Below are positions 47,341-60,034 of a stretch of DNA of 64,000 bases, piece by piece (the first letter of the stretch is position 1; each line of letters begins with the position of its first letter). Source of the stretch: Mobula hypostoma (lineage: Eukaryota); contig NC_086097.1 of NCBI RefSeq assembly GCF_963921235.1, positions 8,742,001-8,806,000 on the forward strand, written 5' to 3'. The translations under genes and the position numbers were made by a program. Below the pieces are notes generated by a model, which was not told where the DNA came from, ran no database searches, and was given only the letters and a program-made list of their open reading frames with translations.

Positions 47341-48789
47341 TATAAAGCAATGAAGTAAGCCCATGAGAGGAACAGAATGAACAGCTTCCCTGTGGAGATT
47401 TGTATACGTGGTCCACTGGGAGAGATTCAGTCTCCTGCTGACAATCTACAAAAGTGAAAGTGAAAATAGACATCTCAGAGGTTCATTTGGTTGTCAAAGT
47501 ATGCACAACTTTCATATGTGTCTACGCCAGATAGCCATTAAATTCAGAAAGATCATGGGTGCTGATGAAAGAAAAGACATCAATTCACCCCCCCAACCAG
47601 TACAAAAAAGAAAAGAAACAGAACCCACAGATCCCAAAATCCTCCCCCCGCAGCAAAAAACAGCCACAAAAACAATCGATGGTCCTCTACACATAACAAT
47701 CCCGACCCCCTCACTCACAGAAAGAAACAGCGACATTAGCACCAAAACCTCAACCTCCACCTGAGACACGAAAACCTAAGACATCACCCACCCACCATTC
47801 AACCACAAGAAAGAAAACACCGAAAATCTGAAGAAAACCAATAGAAAGTATAGTCCAATAATCATATACATCTCAAAATATGGGAAACGTCTTTTCGCTG
47901 CATACAAGCAGAGAAACCACACAAATTCAGTTATTACGCAAAGAGTGATCACCGACCTGGCTGCTAATGGCTCCAATCCAGGGCCAAAAGTACTGATCCA
48001 GGCCAAACTCGCCGATCCAGCTGTCCACCATTTCGTGCCAAGCCTTCACTGACCTCCTCCACGTTCACCTGGATGCTTCATCCTTCCTCACCACCTTAAG
48101 GTGGAGTCATTCATGATCTCGCACCTCATAGCTGATCTTCTCCATGAGTCAGCTTGTATTCTCAGACCTTTTTGCCCTCCATCTCTGATCTGATCTCCAC
48201 GAGGCAGCTTGTGTTCCTGGTCCTTATCAGCACCCCCCCACCCCCCATCTCTGACCTGCTCGAGACAGCTCATATTCTTGGTCCTTCCCGGCTCCCTGTC
48301 TCTGATCTCCATGAGGCAGCTCTCCAGACACAGCACATCGCTGGACCCTTCGATCAAGATTCAAACTACATGTCACAGGCTCTAGCGGTTTCTGTAACAC
48401 AAACAAGCCAAAAAGAACAAGCAGAACACGTAGAAAAAGTGAAATAATTGGAACATTTTGCTGTCTGGAAGATGTCACCCATGGAATAGTTACTGCTGGT
48501 ACCACCTTGACCTGAAGAACATCTTCAGCTCTCATAGAGAATGTTTTGGATGTTCTCTGATTTTGGAAAGCTGAAACTGCAAAAAGACTTGGTGTGGTTA
48601 CATTCCAAAGCAGACAGAAGATTGGCTTATTAAGAAGCACAAGTGCCTGCTTAATACCTGAAAGCTTGCTTTTTGTGAACATGAGGTTCTCAACTCCTGT
48701 TTCAAAATTTCCTTTCTCAAGGCACCAATCTCCCCCTCCCCCCGCCACCCTACCTACAATGTTTAAAAAATAGTGCAAGATATCTTTCA

Positions 48790-49368
48790 ATCAGAATAAG
48801 AATCAGAATCAGGTTTAATGTCACTGGCATAAATCATGAAATTTGTTGTAATATGGCAGCAGTGCAATGCAACACATAATAACAAAAAAATCTCTTAATT
48901 ACGGTAAATATATACATTATAAGATAAATTGAATAAGTAGTGCAAAAAGAGAGGGAAAAAATAGTGAGGTTGTGTTCACGGGTTCAATGTCCATTCAAAG
49001 GTCTGTTAGTGGAGGGGCAGAAGCTGTTCATGAAACATTAAACATGTGCCTTCAGACTCCTATCCCTCCCCTCTGATGGTAGCAATGAAAAGAGGGCATG
49101 TCCTGTGTGATGGGGGTCCTTAATGATAGATGTCGTTTTTTTGAAGCACCACTCCTTGAAGATGACCCGGATGCTGGTGAGGTTAGTACCTATGATGGAG
49201 CTGGTTGAATTTACAACTTTCTGCATCTTATTTTGATTCTGTGCAGTAGCCCCCCCCCCCATACCAGATCATGATACAATCAGTTGGAATGCCGTCCACG
49301 GTATAGCTCTAGAATCTGTGAGTGTCTTTCGTGACATACCAAATCTCCTCAGACTCCAAATGAAATAT
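48790..49368 (-). mobile_element. Rex/Babar LINE 3' end
   Basis: ORF 49038-49262 QKVVNS..IIKDPHH.GHALFSLLPS; (AGAATC)n tail. Confidence 0.8.
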
Positions 49369-50492
49369 ACAAATTACTTTGTTCTGAGATTCCGTTCATG
49401 AAATGTATTTATTGTCTGTGTGATTTCTGCCTTTCTATGCCATGAATGAACTGTGTGTATTATTTGGTCATTATTCGCAGCACTTATGTGCTCTTCTGGT
49501 TGAAGGATGATGAATACTGATGAATTTAGAGCTATCTCTTCAGCTCTAGGGCATTCATTATGAAGATCTCTCGCATTCAGGATTAGGAATGCGCTGAACT
49601 CCTTTATATGATGCTTCCAAACAGCAATTTTCTATCAAAAATGATGTCCTTTGCCACTAGGGCAGAGTTGCACAATGGCATCTGAGTGATAAAAGGCGTT
49701 TTTTGTGCACTTACAAGAATACCCAATATTGAAAATGTCTAAATGCTTTCTTCATGCCTACAGCCATTGTCCAGGTAAGTTAAGTGTTTTAAAATCCTAA
49801 ACCACTGCTGGGAGCTAGCAATGTGCTTCAAAAATATCCCTACCCGTCGAAAATTAGCATCTCGAACATGGACTGTCTCCATCTGAAAAAGAACAAGTGT
49901 TTCTTCAGCTTCTGTTGTGACTGACTAAACTGAGGCATGTGGAAGATGTAACTGGGAAATATAAAATAATTCTATCATCACTGCAGACCTTTTGAAGAGC
50001 GGGAATCTAAGAGAATCTCACTGTCCTGAATAATCTTTTTGCACCTATTAAATACAAACAATTCAAGTTATAATCAGCAACAGTTTCACCTATAATCATT
50101 GTTTTTAATGCTTTGAATATAACTAAGCAGAATTACATTTCTGCAATGGTAGTACATCCCAACCGGCAGAACCAATTTGAATATTCAATACAGATATCTA
50201 TTTTGAAATTTACTGAACACAAACCTCCGTAAAATATTAAATGACCTGTCTTGGACTGTACACATGCACATCGATGATAGAAAATCAGGTTCAAGTTTAT
50301 TGTCATCTGACTCTACATGTATACAAGCAAATGAAACAATGTTCTTCTGGACCACAGTGCACCCACAAAAACATATATCACACACAGCATATAAAACAAA
50401 ATATTACCACAAATAAATTAATAAAATATCATTCAAAGTGCATGTAATGCACAACACAGATAAACAGCAAACAGCTCGCTGTCCTACTGATG

Positions 50493-51263
50493 AGAACATA
50501 AGAATGTAAGAACATAAGAAATAGGAGCAGGAGTCGGCCATCCGGCCCGTCGAACCTGCCCCACCATTCAATAAGATCATGGCTCATCTGTCCGTAAACT
50601 CAGCTCCATCTACCTGCCTTTTCCCCATAACCCTTAATTCCCTTACTATGTAAAAACCCATCTAAATGTATCTTAAATATATTTAGTGAAAAGCTTCAGC
50701 TGCTTCCCTGGGCAGAGAATTCCACAGATTCACCACTCTCTGGGAGAAACAGTTTCTCCTCATCTCCGTCCTAAATCTTCTCCCCTGAATCTTGAGGCAA
50801 TGTCCCCTAGTTCTAGTCTCACCTACCAATGGAAACAACTTTCCTACTTCTATCTTATCTATCCCTTTCAAAATTTTGTATGTTTCTATAAGATCCCCTC
50901 TCATTCTTCTGAACTCCAGAGAGTATAGTCGCAGGTGACGCAATCTCTCCTCACAGGTTAACCCCTTCATCCCTGGGATCAACCTGGTGAACCTCCTCTG
51001 CACGGTCTCCAAAGTCAGTATATCCTTCCTCAAGTATGGAGACCAAAACTGCACACAGTACTCCAGGTGCAGCCTCACCAATACCCTGTATAGTTGCAGC
51101 ATGACCTCCCTGCTCTTGAATTCAATCCCTCTAGCAATGAAGGCCAACATTCCATTTGCCTTCTTAATAACTTGTTGTACCTGCAAGCCAACTTTTTGTG
51201 ATTCATGCACAAGCACTCCCAAGTCCCTCTGCACAACAGCATGCTGCAATCTTTCACCATTTA
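50493..51263 (-). mobile_element. CR1 LINE 3' fragment inserted in a Rex-type 3'UTR (50285-51325)
   Basis: 188 aa ORF 50683-51249 with QRDLGV, HLEYCVQFWSP, RGDLIETYKI, TRGH; (CTTATGTT)n tail. Confidence 0.95.
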
Positions 51264-51337
51264 GGCCTCGGAGGTGGCAGGGTATTCTGCTCCTGATACT
51301 GCTCTACCTCCTTCCTGCCAGTAATAGATCAAAGAAA

Positions 51338-51760
51338 ATAGAATCAGGTTTATTATCACCGGCATGTGTCGTGAAATTTGTTAACTTAGCAGCAGCAGTT
51401 CAATGCCAAACCTAATATAGAAGAAAAAAACAAAATAAGATAAAAATAAATAAATTACAGTATACGTATATCGAATGGATTAAAAATCCTGCAAAAACAG
51501 GAATAATATATATTAAAAATGTGAAATAGTGTCCGAGGGTTCAACATCCATTTAGGAATCACATGGCAGAGGGGAAGAAGCTGTTCCTGAATCGCTGAGT
51601 GTTTGCCTTCAGGCTTTTGTACCTCCTACCAGATGGTAACAGTGAGAAAAGGACATGCCCTGGGTGCTGGAGGTACTTGATAATGGACACTGCCTTTCTG
51701 AGACATTTCTCCTTGAAGATGTACTGGGTACCTTGTAGGTTAATACCCAAGATGGAGATT
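51338..51760 (-). mobile_element. Rex/Babar LINE 3' end
   Basis: ORF 51559-51786 HPGHVLFSLLPSGRRYKSL..TQRFRNSFFPSA. Confidence 0.82.
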
Positions 51761-52414
51761 GTGGGATGGGTGGTAGGGATCCTCAACAGTCCTGAACAAA
51801 GCGGAGGCCTATTTAGGAAGGAAGGGTTAGATGGATATTAGAGCAGGTTAGGAGGTTGGCACAACGTTGTGAACCAAAGGGATTGTTCTGTGCTGTCGAG
51901 TTCTATGTTCTATCTTAATGCTGCCAGCAACTCTGCTTTCAGCACTTTCCCCAGAGGCATATTCCGCTGTCATGATGAAAAGGTCCCCTCACATTCTCTC
52001 CTTTAAGCAATTCCTTCAGCATTTCACCTGTTAGTTACTTATCTGCCATGTAACCACCCACTAACCCACCCCTTCACACCTCCAACTACTACTGCTTTAT
52101 CATTTCCTGTCAGTCACCTCGGCTACAATGTTTCAGGAACAGCTACTTCCCTTCTGCCATCAGATTTCTCAATTGACAGTGAACCCACGTACACCACCTC
52201 ACTATTTTATTCTCCTGTGCCTGGCGTCATCTTACGGAATTAAAACCAATCCGTGTATATAAGCTATTTTATGTATTTTTTTTTGTGTTTCTGGTTTATT
52301 TTTGATTTTTTAAGTTATTATTGTGTTTTAGTTGTGCTGCATCAGCTCCGGAATAACAATTGTTTTGTTCTCCTTTACACAGTTGTACCCGGAATTGTGG
52401 TGTATGGGGTTTCC

Positions 52415-52895
52415 ATGAAGGGGAACACCTCTTCTGAAGGGGCTTGTCCTGTCCATTCATTTACCTTTGGTGCCCACCGGACACTCTGCTCTCTGCTGTG
52501 GATCCAAGTAGCTGTGTGTACGCGACAGCGGCCACAGCCCAGTACTCCGCCTCGACAGGTGGGCTAAACCAGGTGATGGTAACCGGAGGTCTCATGCCCT
52601 GGTGATTTAGGGTCATGGCTGTCCCAGCACGCGAAGTCAGCTCCTGAGGACTGGGCGGATGAAATCTACGGTGAGATCCGACAACCAGGAAGGTGGTACT
52701 GCAATGCTCCACGGAGAACGACAGACATGATGGGACACAGAAGATGTCATGGTCATCTACTCCATCCAAGGAAGACACCAGTTGATCATATTTCTTCGTA
52801 TGACTAGACTCAGACTTCTGAGGCGAAGAGAGTGAATCTGCCCCGGTACAATGAGTACAGGTTCTTTCATCGTCAGGCCTGACGGGCAACCACTA
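52415..52895 (+). mobile_element. Non-coding interspersed repeat (family of 42125 and 63335 copies)
   Basis: Colinear with 63335-63830 from GAAGGGGAACACCTC to the end. Confidence 0.7.
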
Positions 52896-52967
52896 TTGGA
52901 AATTATATTAAACAATGTTGAATCTTTGAATCCCCTGAATCTTGATGTCTTCCAATCACATTTGATA

Positions 52968-53212
52968 ATGTATTTATTTATACTTACTGACATACAGTGC
53001 GGAATAGGCCCTTCCAGCCCTTCAAGCCCCACTGTTCAACAATCCACCAATTTAATCATAGGCCGGTACACCTTTGGACTGTGGGAGGAGACTGGAGCAC
53101 CCAGAAGAACCCATGTGGTCACAGGGAGAACGTACAAGCTTCTTACAGGCAGAGGCGGGAAATTAGCCCAGGTTGCAGGTACTATGCTAATCGCCATGCT
53201 ACCGTGCCACCC
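52968..53212 (-). mobile_element. HE1-like V-SINE
   Basis: Minus strand starts GGGTGGCACGGTAGCATGGCGATTAGC, V-domain, CR1-like tail GAAGGGCCTATTCCGCACTGTATG. Confidence 0.75.
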
Positions 53213-54179
53213 GACTAAACTAACATGCTGCCTCTTGCCACCTTGAAGCAGCTTGGGATGTTTTATCAGGTTCAGAAATGCAAATTGGTGCAGTTTTTGG
53301 AGAGAGAGAGAGAGAGAGAAATGATGCTTTGCTCAATGTCTGACATTATTTTGAAATAACCATTGCAGATTTCAGTGCAAATGCTCATCCTCTAATTAAT
53401 CCAACCTCCTCTACTATAGAAGCCAGTGAATGTTTAACATGCCCCATGTGTATAAATATTCCTCACTGGACAGCAAGCTCATAAGCACACAACAAGAACT
53501 AAAACAATTAATACAGTGTCTTCATACAGAATAACATGTTCCACAACACTGCACAAGAGAGCAATCAGACCAAATTTAACAGAGAGTCCATTAGTGTTAG
53601 ATTATATTACTCTTTGATGGAATGTAATGGTGAAGTAGATCTTAGGGACATACTAACCATGAGCTTCAAACTCTAATAGTCAAATATTGTATTTCCTAAG
53701 TTCAAAGTACATTTATTATCAAGGTATGTATAAATTATACAACCTTGGAGTTTGTCTCCTTATAGACAGCACAGAACAAGACACCTAAAAGAACCCATTA
53801 AAAAAATAGACCAACAAACACCAAATGTGCAGAGAGAGAGAAAAAAAAACAAATTGTGCAAACAATAAAAGCAAGCAACAGCATTCAGAACAAAAGTGAG
53901 TCCATAGGTATGAAGACAGAGGTAGCCGGAACAGGCCCATAGCCTCAGCCTGAGTTCATCACATATTGGAGCATGTGTATGGACTCACTAATACCACTGT
54001 CTGTAAGGAGTTTGTACATTCTTCCCATGACTGTGTGGGTTTCCTCTGGTGCTCCAGAATCCTCCCACAGCGTTAGTAGATTAATTGGTCACATGGTGTA
54101 ATAGGGCATCATGGGCGTTTTGGGTTGGAAGTGTCTATATTGTGCTGCATCTCTAAATAATTTTAAAAATCTAATCGTA

Positions 54180-54603
54180 TTAACTCAAGAAATTCTGCAG
54201 GTGCCGGAAATCCAGAGCAACATATACAAATACTGGAGGAACTCAGCAGATCAGGCAGCATCTATGCAGATGAATAAACAGGAAAGAAATGGAAAAGACG
54301 CCTGAATAGAAAGGTGGGGCAAGGATTGATATGAAGGGCAGCTAGCTCGAAGGTGATAGGTGAAGCCTGGTGGGTGGAAAGGTAAAGGGCCGGAAAAGAA
54401 GGAATCTAATAGGAGAGAAGCATGGACCATGGGAGAAAGGGAAGAAGGAGGGGAACCAATGGGAGGTGATCTTGCAGGTGAGGAGAAGATATGAGAGATT
54501 GAAATGAGGAACAGAAGAAGAGGGAAGGGGTAGGAAAAAATACTGGAAGGAGAAATCGATGTTCTTGCTACCAGATTGGAGGCTACCTAGACAGAATATG
54601 AGG
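54180..54603 (-). mobile_element. PLE 3' end lacking the hammerhead segment
   Basis: Colinear with 41129-41600 but jumps from AAACA to GGAAAG at ~54280; LIFCLGSLQSGSKNIDF remnant. Confidence 0.78.
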
Positions 54604-55049
54604 TCATTATTGTATGAACTGTATTCATTAAACTAACTAAATAGGTAGGAGCATGTGTATGGACTCACTAATACCATTGTCTGTAATGAGTTTCAATATA
54701 CAGGTTAAAAAAGCGTTTATGTACATAACTTAAAGTCTGTTGGCCTATCTAACCAAAGTATATTGTAAGTTTCAGACACGAAGTGGAGAGCTCAGTATTG
54801 TGTATTCAATCCATTCTAGGATATTTGGACAAGAACTTTGGGCGCAGGAATATCAGTTGCTGTGCTACCTGGAGAATTTGAGGTGAATGAGAAACACAAA
54901 TTATAGATGTTTAAGGACAAGTTCTGGTTTAGAGAACAAAGACCTGTCCTGGTCCGTAAAAAAGGTGAAGACTTACAGAAGTGGTTAGAGTGGTCAGCTA
55001 TCCACTGACAATACACATGTATCATCATTTTTCCACTGAGGTTGGATAG

Positions 55050-55345
55050 CACTACAAATACAGGTCATGGGTTAAAGGTGAAAGGTAAAGTTTTAAGGGG
55101 AACATGAGGGAGAACTTCTTCACTCAGAGGGTGGTGAGAGTGTGAAATGAGCTGCCAGTGAAAGCTGTGAATGCAGGGTTGACGTCAACAATTAAGAGAA
55201 ATTTGAATTGAACATGGATGGAGGGATATGAAGGGCTATGGTCCGGGAGCAGGTCGATGGAAGTAGGCATGTTTAAATGTTTGGCACTAACTAGATGGAC
55301 TGAAGGGCCTGTTTCTGTGCTGTAGTGTTCTATAACTCTTTGACT
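55050..55345 (+). mobile_element. CR1 3' terminal fragment
   Basis: TTGHGLKV, FFTQRVVRV and CR1 3'UTR. Confidence 0.8.
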
Positions 55346-55384
55346 TTATAACACTAATTGTCAATTGTTATTTTTCCTGTAATT

Positions 55385-55497
55385 TGACCTGAAGAAGTGT
55401 CTCAGCTTGAAATGTTGACTGTTTATTCCTCTCCATAGATGCTGTCTGACCTATGTGTTGCTTTGGATTTCCAGCATCTGCAGACTTCCTCGTGTTC
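55385..55497 (+). mobile_element. PLE terminal repeat with decayed hammerhead
   Basis: CTGAAGA-agtgtctcagctt-GAAA-TG-TT-GACT and conserved end GGATTTCCAGCATCTGCAG. Confidence 0.7.
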
Positions 55498-55619
55498 ATG
55501 AATTGTTATTTTTGTCCAATGTGGGCATAAAAAATCAGTGCATTCTGATGATCTGAATGACTCTCCTCAAATATTGTATCGCTTCTTGTGCACTTGCATT
55601 GATTGAATAATAACTGGCT

Positions 55620-55955
55620 AATATCTCATTTTAAACTGTCTACTCCCATTGAGCTGTACCGGGACCATAACCATCCATATCCCTACCACCCATGTATCTA
55701 TCAACACTTCGCTTAAACATTGAATTGAGCTCACATGCACCACTTGTGCTGGCAGTTTGTTCCACACTCTCATCACCCTCTGAGCGAAGAAGTTTCCCCT
55801 CATGTTCTCCTTAAATTTTTTATCTTTCATCCTTAACCCTTGACCTCTATTTGTAGTCCCATCCAACCTCAGTTTTTAACCCTATCTATACCCCTCAATT
55901 TTGTATAGCTCTATCACATCTCCCCTCAATCTTCTACATTCCAAAGAATAAAGTT
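55620..55955 (-). mobile_element. CR1 3' fragment
   Basis: ORF 55618-55866 NRGQGL..RGNFFAQRVMRVWNKLP. Confidence 0.8.
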
Positions 55956-56007
55956 CAACATAGAAAATGGAACAAATGTGAGTTAGTGTGGGTTAGGATG
56001 ATGTAAA

Positions 56008-56881
56008 TGTTACCTAGGAAATAATTTCTGGTTCCTAGTGCTAAATATGCTATTTTATAAAAACAAACAAACATTTATTAAACTTTGCTCAATATTAGTA
56101 AAAAGATAAACAAGCGAAAACCTTAACCGGAAGTAAACTGCTATGCGGCCATTTAACAAACCGCCAAACTCAGTACTAGTTCTTAAAGCGGTAAATGCAA
56201 ACACAGTCTTAAAGAGGTAAATTAGAACACAGTTCTTAGAATGGTAAATTTGAAAGTCCAAGATATTTATACAGTCAATTAGAAGAGACTTTCCTGAAGT
56301 AAAGAATTCCTCAAAGACACAACATTACTGCCGATCCCAGCCGGAACATGCCTTGCCTGCAGGATTCACAACGACGGAAATAAAACGGTTTAAAGGCACT
56401 GACCTTTTCCCTCTGTAGACTAGATACTGCACAACATTTTCTGCTGCTTTTAGCAGAGGTTATCTCATGCAGATAAGTCTTACTTTAACGAATTCAGTAA
56501 TGGTCGACTCTCACCAAAACCGCCGAACAACTCCTTCAGGTTCCCGTCTTCACTCTCCAATGCTACTGAAAAGGTACATCAAAAAATCTGGCAGCTATTG
56601 GTGAGACTGCCGGCCCAACATTTCTGTACCTTACAATAGAAAGTAAAACTCCATTTTAAAACTATACTACGTCATGAGACTAATACGCAGCGTAGCAGAT
56701 TATCTGACTGACGATCTAACTGAAAGCTAACTGTGTTACCAGGGTTCTACCCTTATATACCTGGTGAGAACAGGTCATCACATGACCTCACATTGGTGGG
56801 AAAATTACATCATGTGGCCTCCACGAGACCATTACATCATCCTCATAAGACAGTCACAAGATACCCATGAGGTATGTAATG
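56008..56881 (-). mobile_element. Probable ~870 bp solo LTR
   Basis: TGTTAC...GTAATG ends; on minus strand TATATAAG (~56755), donor-like AAG|GTCAGT (~56402), AATAAA (~56075) in LTR order; TSD not clean. Confidence 0.5.
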
Positions 56882-57164
56882 GTAGCAGCAACTAATAGAG
56901 GGCAGAGAATTGCCAAAAGCACATTGGCCAGTGTGATTCAGTAAACACTCTCCTTGCACATACATCACTCACACACAAACATTGCCTTGTCATTCTGCTG
57001 TCACTGTGCTGAGTGTGTGTACTTCAATGTCTCCCCCTCCCCCACAGCATGTTTCCATAATGGGTCGTAAACCAAGCTGATATGTTCTGTGTGGTTTGTG
57101 GTGCCTTTACTGCCATACCTGGTGGAATAGTCCATTCCTTTAGTAACGGGGATGTGCAAATGCT

Positions 57165-57450
57165 TATGTATTGAGATTTAGCATGGAACAGACCCTTCCA
57201 GACCCTTGAGCCATGTTGCCCAGAAATCCCCCAACTTAATCCTAGCCTAATCACGGGAAAAGTTATAAATAACCAAGTAACCTATGAATCAGTATGCTTT
57301 TGGACTGTAGGAGGAAACAATATCACCCAGAGGAACACATGTAGTCACGGGGAGGACATACAAACTCTTTTCTGGCAGCGGCAGTACTTGAACTGGGGTC
57401 AGAGGTAATGAAGAGCATTGTGCTAACCACAATGGTACTGTACCGCTACC
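57165..57450 (-). mobile_element. HE1-like V-SINE
   Basis: Homologous to 52968-53212 and 412-702. Confidence 0.7.
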
Positions 57451-58077
57451 ATACAATGTGTATATGTTGTTTGTATACTGTATTTAATGTAGATACTTCT
57501 ACTTATTCTGTAATATGATTGTAACTACATTGTGGAGTGCATCATATTCTGATTCATGTGTAGTCTTAAGTTAACTTTGCTGGTATGTTAACCAAGGAGC
57601 TCTTTGCCCTCAGTGAGGAAGAGATAGGGCCTGCGAGGAGTTCACACTGGACAAAAATAATATGGAGATATTATTGTGCTTTCTAGTACGTACATTTTTG
57701 TAAATATTGGCAGTTTTCTTTTCACTATTGTTGCTAATTTTTGTAAGTTTGATTTTTGATGCAACTGATAAACACCCTTGCACTAATGCGCTAAGTGGCT
57801 CCAGCCAATTTTCCTTTGGTCATAACCCATGCATCTAGCAGTTTGATTCTGTTTCTGTACTGTAATTGAGGGTAATATTCTGATCTCACTTCCTCTTTGC
57901 TCTCAACAAGGACTCTTTACCTGTTCTAATTACTGGATCAGCTATTACTGGCATGGGAAAAATGCCTCTTTTTTAGTATAGTGCTCATGTATTCCATTAA
58001 TCTAATTAACACTTTGTGAATGGATTCGTTAAAAGGTTTCATCACTTAAATGGTTAAGCAGTTCAATAATTGTTGTA

Positions 58078-58178
58078 ACACACACTCAAAATTCTGGAAG
58101 AACACAGCAAGTCAGGCAGCATCCATGGAAATCACTTACATCAGGATTTCTGGCATCTACAGAATCTCTGGTGTTTTT
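58078..58178. mobile_element. PLE terminal repeat pieces in inverted arrangement
   Basis: Minus piece (ACTCAAAATTCTGGAAGAA...) joined to plus piece (GGATTTCTGGCATCTACAG...). Confidence 0.55.
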
Positions 58179-58204
58179 CGTTGTTTGTTGTGTGCGGATT
58201 AAAA

Positions 58205-58284
58205 CAAGGGTCCTCAACCTGAGGACCAAGGACCCCTTGTTTAATGGTAGGTGTCCTAGGCATGAAAAAGGTTGGGAATCCCTG
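58205..58284. mobile_element. 80 bp hAT MITE
   Basis: CAAGGGTCCTCAACC / GGTTGGGAATCCCTG ends; 8 bp TSD GATTAAAA / GATTAAAG. Confidence 0.75.
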
Positions 58285-58339
58285 GATTAAAGGATTGCTC
58301 TTATCCATCTGGCCAAGCTGTATTTTACATTGTACATTA

Positions 58340-58940
58340 TGCTGTACTTTAATAATAAGGACGTAATGTTGAGGTTTTATAAGGCACTGGTGAGGCCTAA
58401 CTTGGAGTATTGTGAGCAGATTTGGCCCTTATCTAAGAAGGGATACGTTGACATTGGAGAGGGTTCAAAGGAGGTTCACAAAAATGTTTCTGGGATTGAA
58501 AGGCTTGTCATACAAGGAATGATCGATAGCTCTGGGCCTCTGCTCACTGGAGTTCAGGAGACTGAGGGGTGACCTGATTGAAATTATTGAATGTTGAAAG
58601 GCCTCAAAGAAGTGGATGTAGAGAGAATGTTTCCTGTGGTGGAGGGATCTAAGACTAGAGGGGCATCCATTCAGAACGGAGACAAGGAGGAATTTCTTTA
58701 GCGAGAGGACGGTGAATCTGTGGAATTCGTTGCCACATGTGGCTGTGGAGGCCAAGTCATTGGGTATACTTAAGGCAGAGGTTGACAGATTCTGAAATAG
58801 TCAGGGCATGAAAGAATAGAAGGAGAAGGCAAGGGGTTGGAGCTGAGATGGAAGATGGATCAGCCATGATGAAATGGCAGAGAAGACATAGTAGCCAAAG
58901 GGCCTAATTCTGCTCTTATATCTATGGTTTTATGGTCTTA
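58340..58940 (+). mobile_element. CR1 3' fragment
   Basis: KDVMLRFYKALVRPNLEYCEQ; 3'UTR ending TATGGTCTTA. Confidence 0.85.
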
Positions 58941-59614
58941 AAATCATTTTGATTAAAATTATCTGCTCTCAGCAAGTGCTTTTTTGCCATTTACTAATGG
59001 GTCATAAAAGTAGTTGACTATAAAAAAAATACATTTAATCCAATGTTGGAAAAAAAACCTGTGTGACCACTAATTCTGGTTCTGATGAAGCCACTGTCTC
59101 CAAAATATTAGATTTACAGTTGTTCTTTCGAGATACTGACAGACACTTAGCAAATTCACAACATTTTCCGGTTTTATTTGCAACTCCTAATTGTTGCCAG
59201 AGTCTTACATCACGCATACACAGCAGTTCAAGGTCACTTTCCTAATTATACCCGCAGCAAACCAGCAAAGCCTTTGTAATTCATTTTTTAATTCCTGTAA
59301 ATAAACCATTAATGGCTTTTTAATGGCGCATTGGATACACTTCAGTGTCCAGAGATGTGCTGTCACTTTTTAAGAATGTCATTATCTGGATTAATTTTCA
59401 ATAGAGGAGACAACATTTAAAGGAGGAAATTAGATTTTTATACGGGATTTATGCTTGAAGCACAAGGGGAAAGTGATGCGTTAGGACAGCAGATCATTAC
59501 TACACTGTGTTGTATGATATTATCACATTTAAAATAGCTTAACCCTTTCACCTTAAACATGTCTCTTGGTCAGTCTTTCCAGTGCATCATTAACTATTGT
59601 GGATTTCTTCTTTT

Positions 59615-59880
59615 TCAATGGTTCAATTTAATATCTGAAATGTGTACAATATATGACCTGAACTACTTACTCTTCATAGACGTATACAGAACAGAAGAAA
59701 AACCCCAAAAAATGAATGACAGAAATGTTAGAACCCCAAAGGCCCCCTCCTACATAAACAGCAGCTAAAAGATCAAGACTTCCCCCTCTCCCTCGCTCCA
59801 GCAAAACCATCAGTCATTACCAGTAACCACGCAAGGAATAGCAAGCACCACCCCCACCCCAACCCCGTCCATGAAAAACT
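59615..59880 (-). mobile_element. Copy of the 17020-17340 retroposon family
   Basis: Colinear with 28745-29000. Confidence 0.65.
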
Positions 59881-60034
59881 CCTATTCTTCATTCAATTAT
59901 TAAAATTCATATTCACAGTATATGGTTTCAATACAGAATATGAAGTATCTGAGCTTTAAGGTCACTAGGAGTTTGCAGCTTGCAGAGAGCCCAAAGAGAA
60001 ACTGTCATTGCGCGTTGCATTGCCTTTGTGGGAG

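Noticed and set aside
48227..48790. 187 aa minus-strand ORF
   Set aside because: Non-ATG start, no recognisable domain, no convincing splice structure.
54820..54882. 63 nt AG...GT bounded open segment
   Set aside because: Weak polypyrimidine tract and donor, no recognisable protein.
56178..56254. Regularly spaced ~27 bp repeats as a CRISPR-like array
   Set aside because: Contiguous degenerate tandem units without unique spacers, eukaryotic context, no cas genes.
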